Assembly (NCBI GenBank): GCA_964016885.1
Contig: OZ024742.1
Coordinates: 305,350,001-305,414,000, forward strand
DNA: 64,000 bases
Reading direction: 5' to 3'
Source: Eledone cirrhosa
Taxonomy: Eukaryota
In this document: positions 38,071 to 53,671 of the stretch, piece by piece
How positions within the stretch are numbered: position 1 is the stretch's first letter
Layout: each line of letters begins with the position of its first letter
Made by a program: the position numbers and the translations under genes
Notes under the pieces: model-generated
The model's input: the letters and a program-made list of their open reading frames with translations, nothing else
What the model was told of the DNA's origin: nothing
The model's database searches: none

Positions 38071-38549
38071 TAGGGTGATCTGCTTTGTCGCCCTCTCCGC
38101 GACTTGCACATTAATTTCACAACTAATTTCCTCTGTTGATCAATTATTACCAAAACCCTCGAATTTCCCTTCCATTCCATTCATATGAGAAAGTATAAGG
38201 GGATAGGACAGAAGTTCTGGTATTATTCTTTTCTATTTTCATATTTCAAAGATGTTGCTTAACCCGACTAATAATATATTCCTTTAGCAGTAGTCTAGTC
38301 TTTTAGTTTGATATCGGAGGCTGGAGGGGGGAGTACATCACTTGTTATCTATTGTTGCTTGTTGTGTTGTTGGTGGTGGTGGTGCTGTCTCTGGTGGTGC
38401 TGATGTAGTTGTTGGTGGGTAAGAATCGTATTCACCTTCCTTTCAATTGATCTCTCAATGAAACAGTTGTCTCCAAATGATTGAACTGCGAACATATAAA
38501 GCATTACCTTCTGTTACATATACACATTCGGAAATATATATATAAAGAG

Positions 38550-38720
38550 ACTTGAATGACCATGGATTTTATACCTAGAACGTTGCCTTTAAATGCACAA
38601 GCCCGGGCAAGGTGTTTTTTTTCTGGGTGATCAGCTGTCGCCTATGCATACCATTCATCTTCTCCTGTGCCACTAATGTCAGAACAAAAGGCTAATGACC
38701 GGCACCAGTTACGTCACAAC
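38550..38720 (+). mobile_element. Degenerate dispersed repeat (SINE 3' part)
   Basis: GAATGACCATGG...CCTAGAA...GCACAAGCCCGGGCAAGG...GTCGCCTATGCATACC resembles a common octopus repeat (from recall, unverified). Confidence 0.35.
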
Positions 38721-39471
38721 TAGAAGAGAGAACTAAATCGCAGACTATTGTTTTTTTAAAGTGAATTTTGATAATATAAGTTCTACATATTTAAAATTTA
38801 AAAAAAAGAAACAACCAAAATATCAGGATGGTTAGGGTTGGAACACAAGTGATCATCGGTTATATCATTGCTGTTGTCTTCTGGCTCAACATCATCAAAC
38901 ACGTAAAACAGATGTGACAGTCAGTGCACGGTTTGTAATCATGTGGTTTGAGAAGGATTGTGTTTGATTGCTATATCTAACAACCGAAGAGACCACTTAT
39001 TGAATTCCATTGTAGTACTCGTGTTTATGATTTTGTATATTTCTTTCTAGATATTTATCTCTTACCAACACAATCATTATATTTGTGTGTGTCTATATAT
39101 TTATATATGTGTAGCTGCATTATTGTCCAAGTGAATTATGTATTCCAAACGTCAGTGTGCACTTTACATTCTGTATGGTACGAGAACGATATAATAAATA
39201 TCAAAGAATTGCAGTCGATATAATCACCTTCAAGACCCTTAGAGACGATACCTCAGGATCACTGCAGTTCAATTTCTGAGAACTAGTGAATTATATAACA
39301 CACCCTCATACGCATATATAAACGAACATAGGTTTAGAAACGCTAGACAGAATATGAAATTCTTATAAGAGAGTTAGGAGGTCCATCGAATTTTTTTTAC
39401 TATAGATAAATATAATCTAAATAATAGGTAGCCCTCTTAACCGATATAAAATCCGATGATGCTCATAACTT

Positions 39472-39586
<115 letters not shown>

Positions 39587-39669
39587 TAGCTTCGTGTGAG
39601 TTGTGTTACATATGCCCACAAACCTAAGAGTTTTCTCTGTAATAAAATAATATTTATATAGTGTATATG

Positions 39670-39721
<52 letters not shown>

Positions 39722-40401
39722 TGTGTGTGTGTATAATAGAGAGAGAGAGGGGAGAGAGAGAGGCGAATGTGTGTACACGTGCAGATACACATCTATACAT
39801 ACATAATGAAGAGTTGTCTGTGTTGGCGAGTGCAGACAAACTGTTGTTTTCAATGACCTCTGAATAGACAATACATATAACATAATATACAATGCACAAC
39901 ATACAATACTCTTCTCTTATTATTCGAACACACGGTAGGACATCAATAGTGGTGGTGGTGTTGGTGATGGTGACTGGCAGTAAGGATGAACTATAGACGT
40001 CGATTATCAGCGACTATAATATCATACTTCAATCGAAGACATTCGACAAGTGTTTTTACTACACTTCCTTCCACCCTACTCCAACCCACGTTCATTGCTT
40101 GTCGTTATTCTGCAAGGTTGCTATAGTAGTGAGGGGAGAGGAAAAGTATTAAATATAGATAAGGTGAAATACAGAAGGAGGGAGTGTTTAAATGAAGAAA
40201 GGGATAAGAAAGAATGAATAAAAGCGTTAGGGGATAGATAGAAACAAAATGGAGGACGGGAAGAGAGTAACAAACACGGTATAGATAAAAGGAGAAAATG
40301 AAGTATATAGATTGAAGAAAGTGTGTGAGTTATATATATATATATATATATACATAAAGAGAAAGAGAGAGGAGAGAGAGAGTGAATGAGAGAGAGAGAG
40401 A

Positions 40402-40494
<93 letters not shown>

Positions 40495-40673
40495 CTTGTG
40501 TGTGTGTGTGTGTATGTGTGTTCAGAACAGTATTTAGATAAAATGAGAAGAAAGATGGCGGAAAGTGATTTAGGAAGTAAAGACGTATTGAAAAAGAAAT
40601 TTGGCGAATACGAAAGTGAAAGATTGTTAATCTCATATAAAGGTGTCTGTATGTGTGTGTGCGTGTCTGTATG

Positions 40674-40747
<74 letters not shown>

Positions 40748-41294
40748 ATGTACCTATCTTTCTTTTCCTGTATTCAACACATACACATATGTGTATATTT
40801 ATATACATAGATATATAGATATCAAATTTACGTGCGTGTAATGAAAGGCTGGTCATTGTTGTATAGGTACTTGAATATACAGGGATGGGGTAGGTGGAGG
40901 GGGGGGGGGGGGGCAGACAGACTCAGATAGCAAGAGAGACAGTGAGCAACACATGCTTGATATAATGTCACAAGACAGTAATGCCGATTTATTTCAAGGG
41001 TACTTTTCTTATTGATAAGAGAAGACCTCTCTTGTAGCTTGGCATTATGAAACAAGTTCTTTTGGTAGTCGCAATGTGTGGTAGATGTGTCTGTGAGTTA
41101 ATGTGAATGTATGGAAGTAGTAGTTTGGTTGTGTAAATGTATGTTTGTATAAATGTGTTCTGATGAATCTGTGGCGAAACTGCTGCAATAAGGCTGACAT
41201 TGGTTCTATTGGGGATTTTGAGCTTTCGTTTTTATTCAAAAGTTTTAATCTATAACAATTTTCTATCAGTTATTTCTTTACATTTTGTAGTGGT

Positions 41295-41620
41295 TCTTCT
41301 TCTTCTTCTTCTTCTTCTTCTTCTTCTTCTTCTTCTTCTTCTTCTTCTTCTTCTTCTTCTTCTTCTTCTTCTTCTTCTTCTTCTTCTTCTTCTTTAGAGG
41401 GTCGTAGGTCCAGAGTCATCCAACACACCGTCTAGCGGATCCTATCAAAATCAACCATCTCCAATTGATTCAGTTGGATCCACAAGCGAAACCGGTCAAG
41501 CTCATAGATGATATCTAACCATCATGCGCGAGGTTTACCCCTGGGTCTCCTACCGTTTGGTTTTGCACGTAAAACCTGTTCAGTGATTCTTTCCCGAGGC
41601 ATTCTAACCACATACCCGTA
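41295..41620 (-). mobile_element. 3' end of an RTE LINE with a ~100-bp (AAG)n tail
   Basis: - strand YGYVVRMPRERITEQVLRAKPNGRRPRGKPRA*WLDIIYEL; (CTT)n at 41295-41394 on the + strand. Confidence 0.85.
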
Positions 41621-42151
41621 ATTTTGGAACGTTGATAATTAAAAGTTGCGATGCTTGATTTTCGGATTGGCTTTTCCTTACTGTTACTGACACATTTCCA
41701 TCGATATTTTCTCTATACGTCTACTGGTAATATTCGAGAGCTATACTGGGACTTGAGCCTGTAACCTTTTATAGAACTGCTGTAATACGTGGTCAAAGAG
41801 AATTTAGAATATTTCTGTTGCTATTCTGATAGATCAAACCATTTTAGTTAGCAGGCATCAGATAATAATAATAAAGCAAACAAACAACGATTTGAGACTT
41901 TTATTTTATCTGTCAACTTTGCATGTAAAATCTGTTGGGAATTATTTCTTTCTTCCACTCTCTATGATATTTTTCTTTAAGAAAGGAAACATTCTTTTAT
42001 TTTCCTTTTTACACAGCTTCGTGCATATCATTGTGTAAACACACACACACACACACACATATATGTGTGTGTGCGTGTGTCTGTGTTTCTTAATGCTTTT
42101 TATATCTGTGCGAGTTTGCCCATGTGTGTGTGTGTATGAGTGTGTTTGTTG

Positions 42152-42196
<45 letters not shown>

Positions 42197-42971
42197 TGTG
42201 TGGGTCTATCGGGAAGGAATTTGTTCAATACTATTTTTGCTCTCTATTTTCGGATGATCATCCAACCTTTGTGCCTAGGGACTATTTTCTGTGATGTTTC
42301 AATTTAAGCTTAGAGGTGTGTGCGTGCGCACGCGCATCTGTGTTTGCCTGCACATGTATCTTATCTGTCTTCCTTATATAATCATAAATGCACACACACG
42401 AACATGTACATACACATATATACGCTCGTACAAATATATACGCATCTGTATGTGTGTGTATATTTGTTTTTATTTCTGAGTGTGTGTAAGTGTGAAAGCC
42501 TACATATATTTTGTATTGCTGATTGTGTATGTAGTCTTATGTTTTATATGTGTGGAAGGCGTTTCCAATACTAATAGTCACTTAGAGATACACACAACTT
42601 GGTTTTGACGATCTACTTTATATGACACCTTGGAGGTGTGCTAATACGAAAGAAAAAGAATCCACCAACAAAAATGTCCGTTCTTCAATAATAATAGAAC
42701 CTTCAAGTCATCTATAGAACCTCTGGTGAATTGTTTTTTTAGATGTTGGTAACATTTTTACTTTCATTTACATCAACCTACGAAGTCATCGTGTTTTAAA
42801 CATTTGATATTCAGCGACACTTGTAGCAACGTCGGTAGCAAACTGAACTATTGAAAATAGGGACAGCGTTGCTCTTAATAACTTCCATATTTTTTGTCTT
42901 TCTTATACCTCACAGCTCCTTCCTCTCTCTCTCTCTCTCTCACTCTATATATCTCTCTCTCTCTCTCTCTC

Positions 42972-43069
<98 letters not shown>

Positions 43070-43133
43070 TATATATATCTTTCTCTCTCTAACATCTCTC
43101 ATACATCTAACTATTTTTCTCTCTGTATTACAG

Positions 43134-43233
43134 GAAAGTTTATCAAGTGGTGAGAGTGAAATGAGCACTGAAAGGACCCCATCACCTACACCGAACGAAT
43201 GCAACAGTCCCAAACTGTTGGAAAACATTAAAG
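43134..43233 (+). CDS. Internal coding exon of an unidentified host gene (ESLSSGESEMSTERTPSPTPNECNSPKLLENIK)
   Basis: Branch point CTAAC at ~43108, pyrimidine tract, TACAG acceptor, AAG|GTAAGG donor; open only in phase 0; S/P/E-rich disordered peptide. Confidence 0.7.
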
Positions 43234-44418
43234 GTAAGGCCACCGGTGAAAAACCTTTTCTAACTTGTATTTCTCTTTTCTTCTCTGTATATCTCATTCT
43301 CTCTCTCTAAGTTTTCCTTTTTATGTTGTATATACAAAACTTCAATGGAGAAGGTCATCTCTTTTTTGAATTAACGTTTTATAGAAAATTTTTAAGGGTT
43401 AAGCACTATTTATGGTTTGTTGTGGAATTGCCTTCTCTCCTTACGAAGTTATTTAAAAAATACCGTTATTAAAAAAAATATATATCTATGTTTGTTTATT
43501 TTTATACTGGTATATATGAGAAAACGGCGTGGCTAATATTTTCATGTTGTTTCGTCGAATAATATACAAATCATATAATCCACCAGAAATCTCAGTTACA
43601 CAAAGAGAATGGGATGTTTGGATGAGATTTTAGAATTGTTTCCAATATAAAGGGAATTACATAAACGCGTCTAGATCACAAACCATTATATGTTTGCTAG
43701 CAAGCATTTGCTTGCATTTGTGAAAATGCCTGTTTACACATATTGTGAGTGATGTTACAGATATGCTAGGTTTACTTTTTCATTTGTAGTTTATTGTGTT
43801 CAGGTTAATAGGTGGTAAGATCATACAGGTGTGCTGGGAACTACAGAATGGCAACGGTCATCTATATATGTGTAATTGGAGAAAGTGTACTTTGAGGACT
43901 GCATTGTGAGCTAATATTTATTTGCTGTATAAGACTTCCGAATATTTGAAGATTAAAAGGTTTGAATGGACGTTAGAATAATTAATATGCACCTTGTACG
44001 AGAGTCAATAACATATTGGTAACAACACAATATAGATGTATTGTGTTGTGTGGCTGTTGTTAACAGGTATTTTAGTTCACGGTTTATGAGTTGGATTATA
44101 GTTTGTATAACTAAATGTAAATTCCCCTTGAAGTTCAAAGTAACTGGTTTCTAAAGGTGGTTGCGTAAATTGTTTCATCTCACTGTATAAACGCAATTCC
44201 CTTTCTGGAGAGATCGCTAGTCAATCTGGTAACTATTAGTTATGGCTAGGTGGACTGAGGCGCAGAAAATTAAATGTATATGTACATTCAAGGAATTAGA
44301 TTTGATTTGAAAACACGAAGAGAAAGTGGAAAATAGATGGAAGTATGTGTGGGAGGGGTATATATATATAATACGCATATTTCTTGCATATGCCAATGTT
44401 GAGGTGCAACCACAAACC

Positions 44419-44489
<71 letters not shown>

Positions 44490-44504
44490 GTATATGTATA
44501 TATG

Positions 44505-44603
<99 letters not shown>

Positions 44604-44617
44604 ATATATATATATAT

Positions 44618-44736
<119 letters not shown>

Positions 44737-45419
44737 TTAGAAACCAGTTACTTTGAACTTCTAGGAGAATTTACATTTAGCTACATATTCTATAATCTAA
44801 CTCATAAACCGTGAACTAAGGACTTGAGTTATGTTGGTGAGTCCTTATGGAGGGGCCGAAGAATAGAATTTCGACTCCTTCCATCACGAAAATTCTGAAC
44901 CAGTGGCTAATCGGTTGACGGTATTTTGATGATGCTTATGGATTTCAGTTACTAATGTACTACTGTCACATTTACTACCATAGGCGCCACCGTTGGACGG
45001 TTCAAGTAACTTTCGATGTAGCTCATTAAACTAAACAAAGTAAATTTGAATACATAGAAGAAAAACGTACTTTATGTAAACAGGAAAACCTTAGGCACTA
45101 TTCCAGCGAAATAATTAATATCTGAGCTCGGTGTCTGTTTTGACAACAGTAAAAGCGCATCATGAAATAGAGAAGTGAAGTGAATAATAGACACTATTAT
45201 GTACAAAGCATAATATTGTAAAAGTTATGACATCACTTAATGTATGAACATGAACCTTGAAACGATAAATTATACAATGTCAAATCTATAACTTAACTTA
45301 GTAATCTGTTAGAAATTGCTGGTTGTGAAATATACAAAATGATATTGTTAGTCTCAAGGAAGCGTACCTTTTGTTTCAAGTACAAAGAGTAAATTTAAAT
45401 CCGAATGAGCCGAATTACG

Positions 45420-45487
45420 AAAGATAACTCTTGTCTTACTTAAAGATAACTCTTGCCTTACTTAAAGATAACCCTTGTCTTACTTAA
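45420..45487. repeat. 3 x 22-bp tandem repeat
   Basis: AAAGATAACTCTTGTCTTACTT x3 with single substitutions. Confidence 0.95.
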
Positions 45488-45623
45488 TCACGAACATTCA
45501 CACAAATAACCGAAATTCTTTTAATGTCTCCAAAGGCCCCAATATCAATTTTTGAAAGCCTTTGTAGATCATGTACAGGTTTTCTGCAAGGAGAAGCTCT
45601 GTAAAAAATTTCAAAGAAATCGC

Positions 45624-45734
45624 ATGGATGGTTTAGAATATATGAGCCCTCATTATATATATATATAAAGACGAAGTTTTCTGTATGTGTGTGGACAATT
45701 TTTTATGAGGGCTCATATATTCTAAACCATTCAT
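45624..45734. repeat. Inverted repeat with perfect 26-bp arms and a 51-nt spacer
   Basis: ATGGTTTAGAATATATGAGCCCTCAT (45628-45653) / ATGAGGGCTCATATATTCTAAACCAT (45705-45730). Confidence 0.9.
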
Positions 45735-46092
45735 ATATACATGGTTTCGAAGAACTGGTTGTAATTGCTCAAATATAAGAAAGAACTGAACATGATTTTT
45801 TCTGTTCAACCTTATCGAATGCATTTTGTATTGAAACGTTATGACCATGCGGTAAATATATGGATCTATCTGTTTGTATGACTCTGTTTATCTGGCTGTC
45901 CATGCATACATATGTAAATATATAAATATGCATGCATGATTTTGAAAAGCATTATTATGTGCCATTCAATCCCAGTGCCTCGTTGACACCATTCCACTTC
46001 AGCAATAGAATGTAAGTTGTTGACTTAGATGGAAATTATTGTTACTTCGGGTGGTTCTCTACTTCACGTCCTGCACAGTCCAGCCTGTTCTG

Positions 46093-46159
<67 letters not shown>

Positions 46160-46390
46160 GTGAAAAATGGAACGGGAACAAAACAGAGAGGCAGTACGAA
46201 CAAAGGTTTATTAGTTTCACGCTCTTGAGAGTGAGGGGTGGTAGTGGGGAACGACGTTTCGGGCATAAGCCCTTCTTCAGGCGAAAAGTGTGTGGGAAGA
46301 GAGTTCCAAGGGTGTGTAGGGGAGTGGGGAGAGACATTCAGAAAAAAGGGGTGGTGGAGAGGAAACAGTGGAAGGGGTACAAATGAAAAT
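46160..46390 (-). mobile_element. Solo PLE pLTR-like element with a minimal hammerhead core (46249-46286)
   Basis: - strand CGC-CUGAAGA-AGGGC-UUAU-GCCC-GAAA-C-GUC-GU (stem I weak); homologous to 61158-61330; abuts (TA)n. Confidence 0.7.
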
Positions 46391-46470
46391 AATTATAAAA
46401 AATAAAAATACAAATAAACATGAAGATAAACAAGTGGTGGAAGGGTGTGGGCGTGAAGGGGTGGTGGCGG

Positions 46471-46503
<33 letters not shown>

Positions 46504-47094
46504 AAAGGGCTTTATTTTACTGACCCCGGTGGGATTTGAACTCAGAATGCAAGGAGCCAGAACTAATACAGTAAGATGTTTTTTCGACGTTCTAACCAAA
46601 CTACTCATCAACTACGATTGGATGTCGTTTGCACTATATCAACACACGCACTGTGTGTGTATGTCTGTGTATATTTGTGTATAAATGCATTGGAAATTTG
46701 CATTATGAAATTAGCACATGAGAAAAAATCGATGAAAAACCGTTTCTTTCGCTATCTTTTTTATATTTGTCTTTTCCCCTTTCTCTCGCCACCCCTCACC
46801 TCTTATGAATATTTTATATGGCTCTTTTGAAGAAACCAAAGTGTTCTTTCCGAGGGATTCACTGATATATTCTCTCTTTTCTTTATATTTTTTGGTGTGT
46901 CTATGGGGCTGGATGGGGGTTTATGTTTGTCCTAATTCTGCCCCTTTATTAAGTTTTGTTTGTTTGCTTTCTATTCTAATGAGGCTTTTCGTATTTAATG
47001 GAAATGACGGGGAGAGTTGGAGAGAAGGCTGTTTACTTAAAAAAATTATCATTCCTATTAAGTTTAGGCGTACTGCAATTGGCGAAAACATTAA

Positions 47095-47600
47095 TAATAA
47101 TAATAGATCCATATATAAGCACAAGGCCAGCAATTTCGGGAGGATGATAAAGTCGATTAAATCGAGCCTAATACTTGATTGGTTTTTGCTTTAGTCACTC
47201 TGCAATTGAAAGACAGAGGGAACCATATTAGGATTTGATGTTAGAATGTAAGGAAACGAAAGTACATATTGTATGGGAGTTTTCTGGTGCTCTGCCGAGT
47301 CTACTACTCCACTAACATATAATAAACATAATAATAATGATTCCTAATTTAGGCACAAGGCCAGCATTTTGGGGAAAAAATGTTGAAAAGATTGATCCCA
47401 GTACTTAACTGGTACTTCGTCTTTCATCCTTCTGGGGTAGTAAAATAAAGTTGACCTGTGCGGGAATTGAATGTAAAGAACAAGAACAAATGCCACTAAG
47501 CATGATACTCAACGCTCTAGCGATTCTGCCGATCCACCACCCTAAACATAATGGCCAGCAATTTGGTGCGATGGGAAAGTCGATTAAATCAACCCCAGAG
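47095..47600 (-). mobile_element. Cluster of 2-3 older SINE family A copies
   Basis: Repeated GCACAAGGCCAGCA..., AAGTCGATTAAATC and CTCT.CCGA.TCT.C motifs; partial copy also at ~46510-46610. Confidence 0.75.
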
Positions 47601-49672
47601 ACATAAAAGGATGGGTTATGTTAGGAATTTTACCACCATTACTGGAAAGCCCGATTTTATTTTACGACAAGCCTATTCTGAGGGGAATTCATCCATGCCA
47701 ATAGCAAGATAGATGAAGAGAAAAAAAAACATCAAGAATTAGGCTTTTAAATGTGTAAAAGAAAGAAAAGATTCATTGCTGTCGTAAAATAATTTTTGAT
47801 GAATTATTTTTGTCAAACATGAGCTCTAATTGAACAATAATGAAGGGACGAACGAATGTTTGAGGAAGAGTTGATTGAACTTTGAGGAACTAGTGGTAGT
47901 TTGTTATTTGTTCTCTGCCTTCAAATATTAACTTTCATCCTTTCGAGGTTGGTAAAGAAAGTTTCCGCCCATTAGTAGTACAACTATCTATCTCTGTAGC
48001 TGTCACCAGGATGTTTCGCTGGTTCAACTGTAGGATTGGCGAGTGGGTGTTTGAGTTTGCTCGCGAATACATGAAGACCTAACACAATTAGTGAAATTAT
48101 AGTACTTGCTATTATATCATCAATTGCATTTGACGCCTGTAGATTTCCAAACTTTAGCAGCTATCGTACATTAGGGTCACATATGTCTTCTTTGGTTGCA
48201 TTAATGCAATATATTTCACTCCATAGTTACATGGTACTACCAATTAAAAACACGTATTGGAATTTCACTTTAATTTTATTTATCATGTATATTGATCATT
48301 AATTAAAAGTCAAAGTTATTTCGTCATAGTCTGCATCTTTATCAATAACAATGTCCTTGTACACATTCTTATATCATCTCCTCGAAAACAAATATTTCAT
48401 TTCTAGTGTTGAGAGAGTGCAACGTCTTGATGCCACACTATTGTCAACTTCTATAAAGTTGTGCTGAGATGTCTATACAAGAAACTAATATTGTTACGTT
48501 TGACCTTGTGGGTTTTATAATTTTCGCTGCTGTTGATGATAATGGTTATGATGGTAATTTCATTTAATATAAATAAATGATCGTGTTTCTTGTGGCATAT
48601 TATAACTTCGTAAACTATCATTCATGTTACAGTGGAACACAAACCATTCCAATATATTGATTACTATATATGTTTAAATAGTTTCAAACCTTTATTCATA
48701 TTTACTGTTAGAATATTGTTTTAAATAAATTTAGGTTATTGTTCGTTAATGCCTAGTCAAGTGAGCAGGTAGATGCTGTTTCGTCAACTCAGCATTTTAA
48801 CGGGCTTATAAAAAAAAAACAGTTTATCTATAAAACAGCCCTATGGTGTACAAATCTTTTTAAGGACCAGTGTAGGTGTGTCCAGCTTCACAGTGTTAAA
48901 TATCGCCTTATAAGTTTCTATCTACCAACTTTCAGTCAGCTCAATACTATATTAGACAGGACCATGAGGTTAGGAATTTCTTAACCACATGGGCATGCTA
49001 GCTCTCATGTATATGCAAACCAAAACGTTTATTTAAATCTAATCCTGATGAGAAAAACAAAATAACTTACACAACAGGTTTACATGAATACATTAATTGA
49101 TTCAAATGAAACATGCCGCATAAGTCATTAATAAGACGTTGGCTGGTATGTTTTCACGGGAGTTTAACCTACATATTTGACTCCCAAGAAGTATTTTTAT
49201 AAGGGAAAGTGTTGAACAAAGGCTGACGAAAGTAGTAATCAAAGAGACATTTCGTAATATAGACATTGAGAATTCTTCTACATTTAGATATGCAAATATC
49301 TCTTAATTGAATAATCAATAATCAGAGTATTTACACACAACCACGCATATGTGTATCTGTGTAAAATATACTATGTGTGTATATATGTAGTATATATATA
49401 TGTACATGTATATATGTATATATAAGCATTAGATAGTCCGATCGCCTGCAGGCTGTCTTCTGTAAAAATATCATTAGTGTTTGGTAGGTGAGTCTCAGTT
49501 TTACCATACCGGTGTATATGTTAGTTATTGGAGACTTACGCAAGTACATTCAGGCAACAAGATATGATATCACTAAAAGTGGGGGGTGAAAGGAAGTCAT
49601 ACTAGGTTGCATGTTGATAGCCACCATGGAAACACACACACACACACACATGCACGCACGCACACATACACG

Positions 49673-49733
<61 letters not shown>

Positions 49734-50145
49734 TATATATATATATATATATATAAGTGACACTCGTTACTTTCTCACGGCACAGACTATTTCCCTGCCT
49801 AAGATATATATCAAAGGTAACTTTCCACCAAAATAACAAAGGCTATTGTTATCCAAGTTCAGCTGGTCTCCTCAAGATGTTGTTGTCAAAAAACAACAGA
49901 AGTCTTACCTGCAGAGAAATACTTTCTTTTCATTTTGTTTTTGTTTTGTTTTCGGTTTATTTATTTGTGTCTGTGAATTTTGTGTACCTAATTCTATTAT
50001 TGTCTTTCCTTAAGTTACTTCTGTAATTATATATATATATATATGTATATATGTATATATATAAAGTTACTTCTACAAATATGTATATATTAATATATAC
50101 ATACAAATATGTATATATTAATATATACATACAAATATGTATATA

Positions 50146-50203
<58 letters not shown>

Positions 50204-50270
50204 ATATATGTTGATTTAACACTTCACTGCTCGCAAGTGTTTTTTAAGCTTCATATCATGTCTCCCTATT

Positions 50271-50330
50271 TTATCTGATGAGAACGCAAATATCATCCCA
50301 TGATGATATTTGTTTTTGAAATGCGCATAA
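50271..50330 (+). ncRNA. Hammerhead-like motif with a long stem II (variant or degenerate)
   Basis: TTAT-CTGATGA-GAACGCAAATATCATC-CCAT-GATGATATTTGTTTTT-GAAA-TGCG-C-ATAA; stem II pairs 15/16 including G-U; lies between (TA)n tracts. Confidence 0.5.
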
Positions 50331-50461
50331 TAAAGTACATGGAACAACTCTGTTAACCATCTTTTGATCTTATATTATTTATACTCCAGTCCTATAAACT
50401 GTTGAGTGCTACTTACCCGATATTTGCATTGCTTTATTGTTCTACAATAAAACTCACCTCC

Positions 50462-50505
<44 letters not shown>

Positions 50506-50612
50506 GCTTAATGTATAACTCATAACGTTTATTAAATAAGTTTTCACTCTCTCTCACTTCACTCTTTTTTTCAGCCTCTCCCATTCCCACTCTCACATCC
50601 CCCCCCCCTCTC

Positions 50613-50670
<58 letters not shown>

Positions 50671-50683
50671 GCTCTCTTCTCTC

Positions 50684-50758
<75 letters not shown>

Positions 50759-51041
50759 ATATTCCTAACGACCGACTTTCGTCAAATCGGACCGAGGAAA
50801 CAGTGTTTTCATTGGTCTTTCCAATTGCTAATACTATCTATCGGTCGCAATTGCAGGTAGAAGGAGCAACGTGAAATAAAGTGTATATATACCTCTTTCA
50901 TATTCGAAGTCAACTCTCTTCGACCTTCTCTGTTTAAATATTTTGTTATTTTGTCGCCTCATTCGCATTTCATACGGCTTTTTTCTTGTTGTCTTTATAT
51001 CGGGTGTTTAGACATTTGCGCTTCACTCTTTCGTCTTCTGT

Positions 51042-51112
<71 letters not shown>

Positions 51113-51395
51113 TCTCTCTCTCTTCCTCTCTCTCTCTCTCTCGACCTATATCTATTTCTCCCTCATCTCTATCATTCACACCAGAACTTCTGAATTTTTC
51201 TATATTCGCTGAACCATTTCGCTATATTTCCCCTCTAATATTGTTTCTATCTGTGTTCATCCTATAATTCAATCCTAAATATCATACTATAAAACTGTGG
51301 ACTTGCTGACTTTAAACTTGATTTTAACATACTGATAAATTTAAACATATATAAAGGCAAGACTTGAAAGGTGTTTACACACACACATACACACA

Positions 51396-51456
<61 letters not shown>

Positions 51457-52762
51457 TCACATACCACACACACCGAGAGAGAGAGGTGAGAGAGAGCCAG
51501 AGAGAGAGAGAGAGAAAGGTATAGAGAGAGAGAGAGAGAGAAGATAGAGCAATATTATTTCATATATCAAACGTGTGCTTTTCTTAAAACTTCGATTAAA
51601 CTTCGATTTTTAGCGAATTTCTATATTATATATGCAAATATTTGTAATTTTTAAAGAAATTTTATTTTGGTTTTGTATCCGTTGTAAGATGCTTATACTT
51701 GTATTTGTTACAATAAATAATATAGTGACTACAAAGGAAACATGACCTCTGAAATAACTTTCATCTGTTTGCTTAATATCATTCAGACACAAACTACAAT
51801 AAGTAGCTTATTCGCAATGTACACATACACACATACAACTATATACGTTTGCATATATATATATATATGTATGTATGTATCTGTATGTATCTATATACAT
51901 ATATATTTGTGTGTGTATGTATATGTTATGTATATATGTATTTATTTATATGTATGTGTCTGTGTGTCTGTGTGTTTTTTGCGTGCCTATAATTATGTGT
52001 TCTTTTGTGACTCTTTCCCCCGTTTCTATCCTTTATATTTCTTTTTGCCATTGTTTACCCTTCCTGTCAGACTACCTCAATGTACGACAAAAAACGGATG
52101 TAGGCAGCTTGTCACTGACCTAACTGAATATAGTCCTTCTCTTTTTTCTTTCTTTCATTCTTTCTTTCTATTTGTAAACTTAAACAGTGAGTATAAAACA
52201 AGGTTGACAAATCAACCTTGCCTGCAAGAGAATCTTTTACAAAATGGCGCCGTTTAGAGCGGCCTTACGTCATATCCGGTTGCAAAATAATCTGTTTTAT
52301 AATATTGGTCCTTTTCATGACTAGATCATAGAAGTTTATTAGCTGTTGCTATGTCGCCATTGGATCTTGCTATTGGATAAAAAAAGGGGGGGGGGGGAGG
52401 AAGAAATAAGAAGTAAAGATTGGGTGATAGGGACACTGAATTGGTAAATACTTTAAGCAGAAAGTTTAATGACCATTCGATAAAATTCACTGAGTTTCGT
52501 TTGTGTTGTCAAGCTGTTATCTTCGTCTCCAGTCCGAATAGAGTACTGTCGATACTAATTGACGTCGTATTATGATGAATAGAAGAGAAGGTGAAAGGGG
52601 AAATAAATCGATAGAGCAACAAAAGCGGAGATAGTGGAGGAATATTCATATGAGGAAATAGAGCTATTAATTATGACTTAAAATGAGACGAAAGAGAAAG
52701 TGTTAGAGAGATAGACATGAATATATATAGAGCGAGTGAGAGAGAGGGAGAGAAATAGATAC

Positions 52763-52840
<78 letters not shown>

Positions 52841-53048
52841 GAGACATGGTGGGGGCGGTGGAAAATAAAACGATACAGATACTGAGAGAACAGACAAACC
52901 TAAATGTGAAGACAAGAAGAATGAAAATGGGAAAGTGGGGTATATAGCTAAAGTCTATAGAATTAAGTGTATTTATGTATGTGTGGGTTAAATGTAGGTA
53001 TGTGTTATATATATAGTACATGGCGGGATTTTAAATATCTCTCTCCCC

Positions 53049-53106
<58 letters not shown>

Positions 53107-53510
53107 CTTCTCCTCTCTCTCTCTCGTCTCTCTCTTTATATATATATATATATTTACATTCATACATATATACATATATTATTATGTATGTGTGCGTGTT
53201 TGGAGAGAGAGGGGAGAGAGAGACAGAGACAGCGATAATTAATTAATTACTGGGATAGTTGGAAAAAGTCAAACTATCTTTTACTTGCAACAAATCACCA
53301 GCAAGGAGAGAAAGAACCTTATAACTATATTAATGTCGAGTTCATTTGACTAAGCATACTAATGTATATTAGCTCTTACATTCTTTATTATTTCATTCAT
53401 TAACTGCATTTAGTCAATGGACTGCACCCATAATGTGGCACTATCTTCATTTTACTCAACCATCTCTATCCTAGTACGTATTTTTGCAAGTCTGGTATCA
53501 TACAGTTTCC

Positions 53511-53572
<62 letters not shown>

Positions 53573-53575
53573 GTG

Positions 53576-53609
<34 letters not shown>

Positions 53610-53636
53610 GTGTGCATGTATATATATATATATATA

Positions 53637-53671
<35 letters not shown>

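Noticed and set aside
40543-40642. Possible alternative first exon MRRKMAESDLGSKD...
   Set aside because: Weak donor (AAG|GTGTCT) in phase 1, incompatible with the only open phase of exon 43134.
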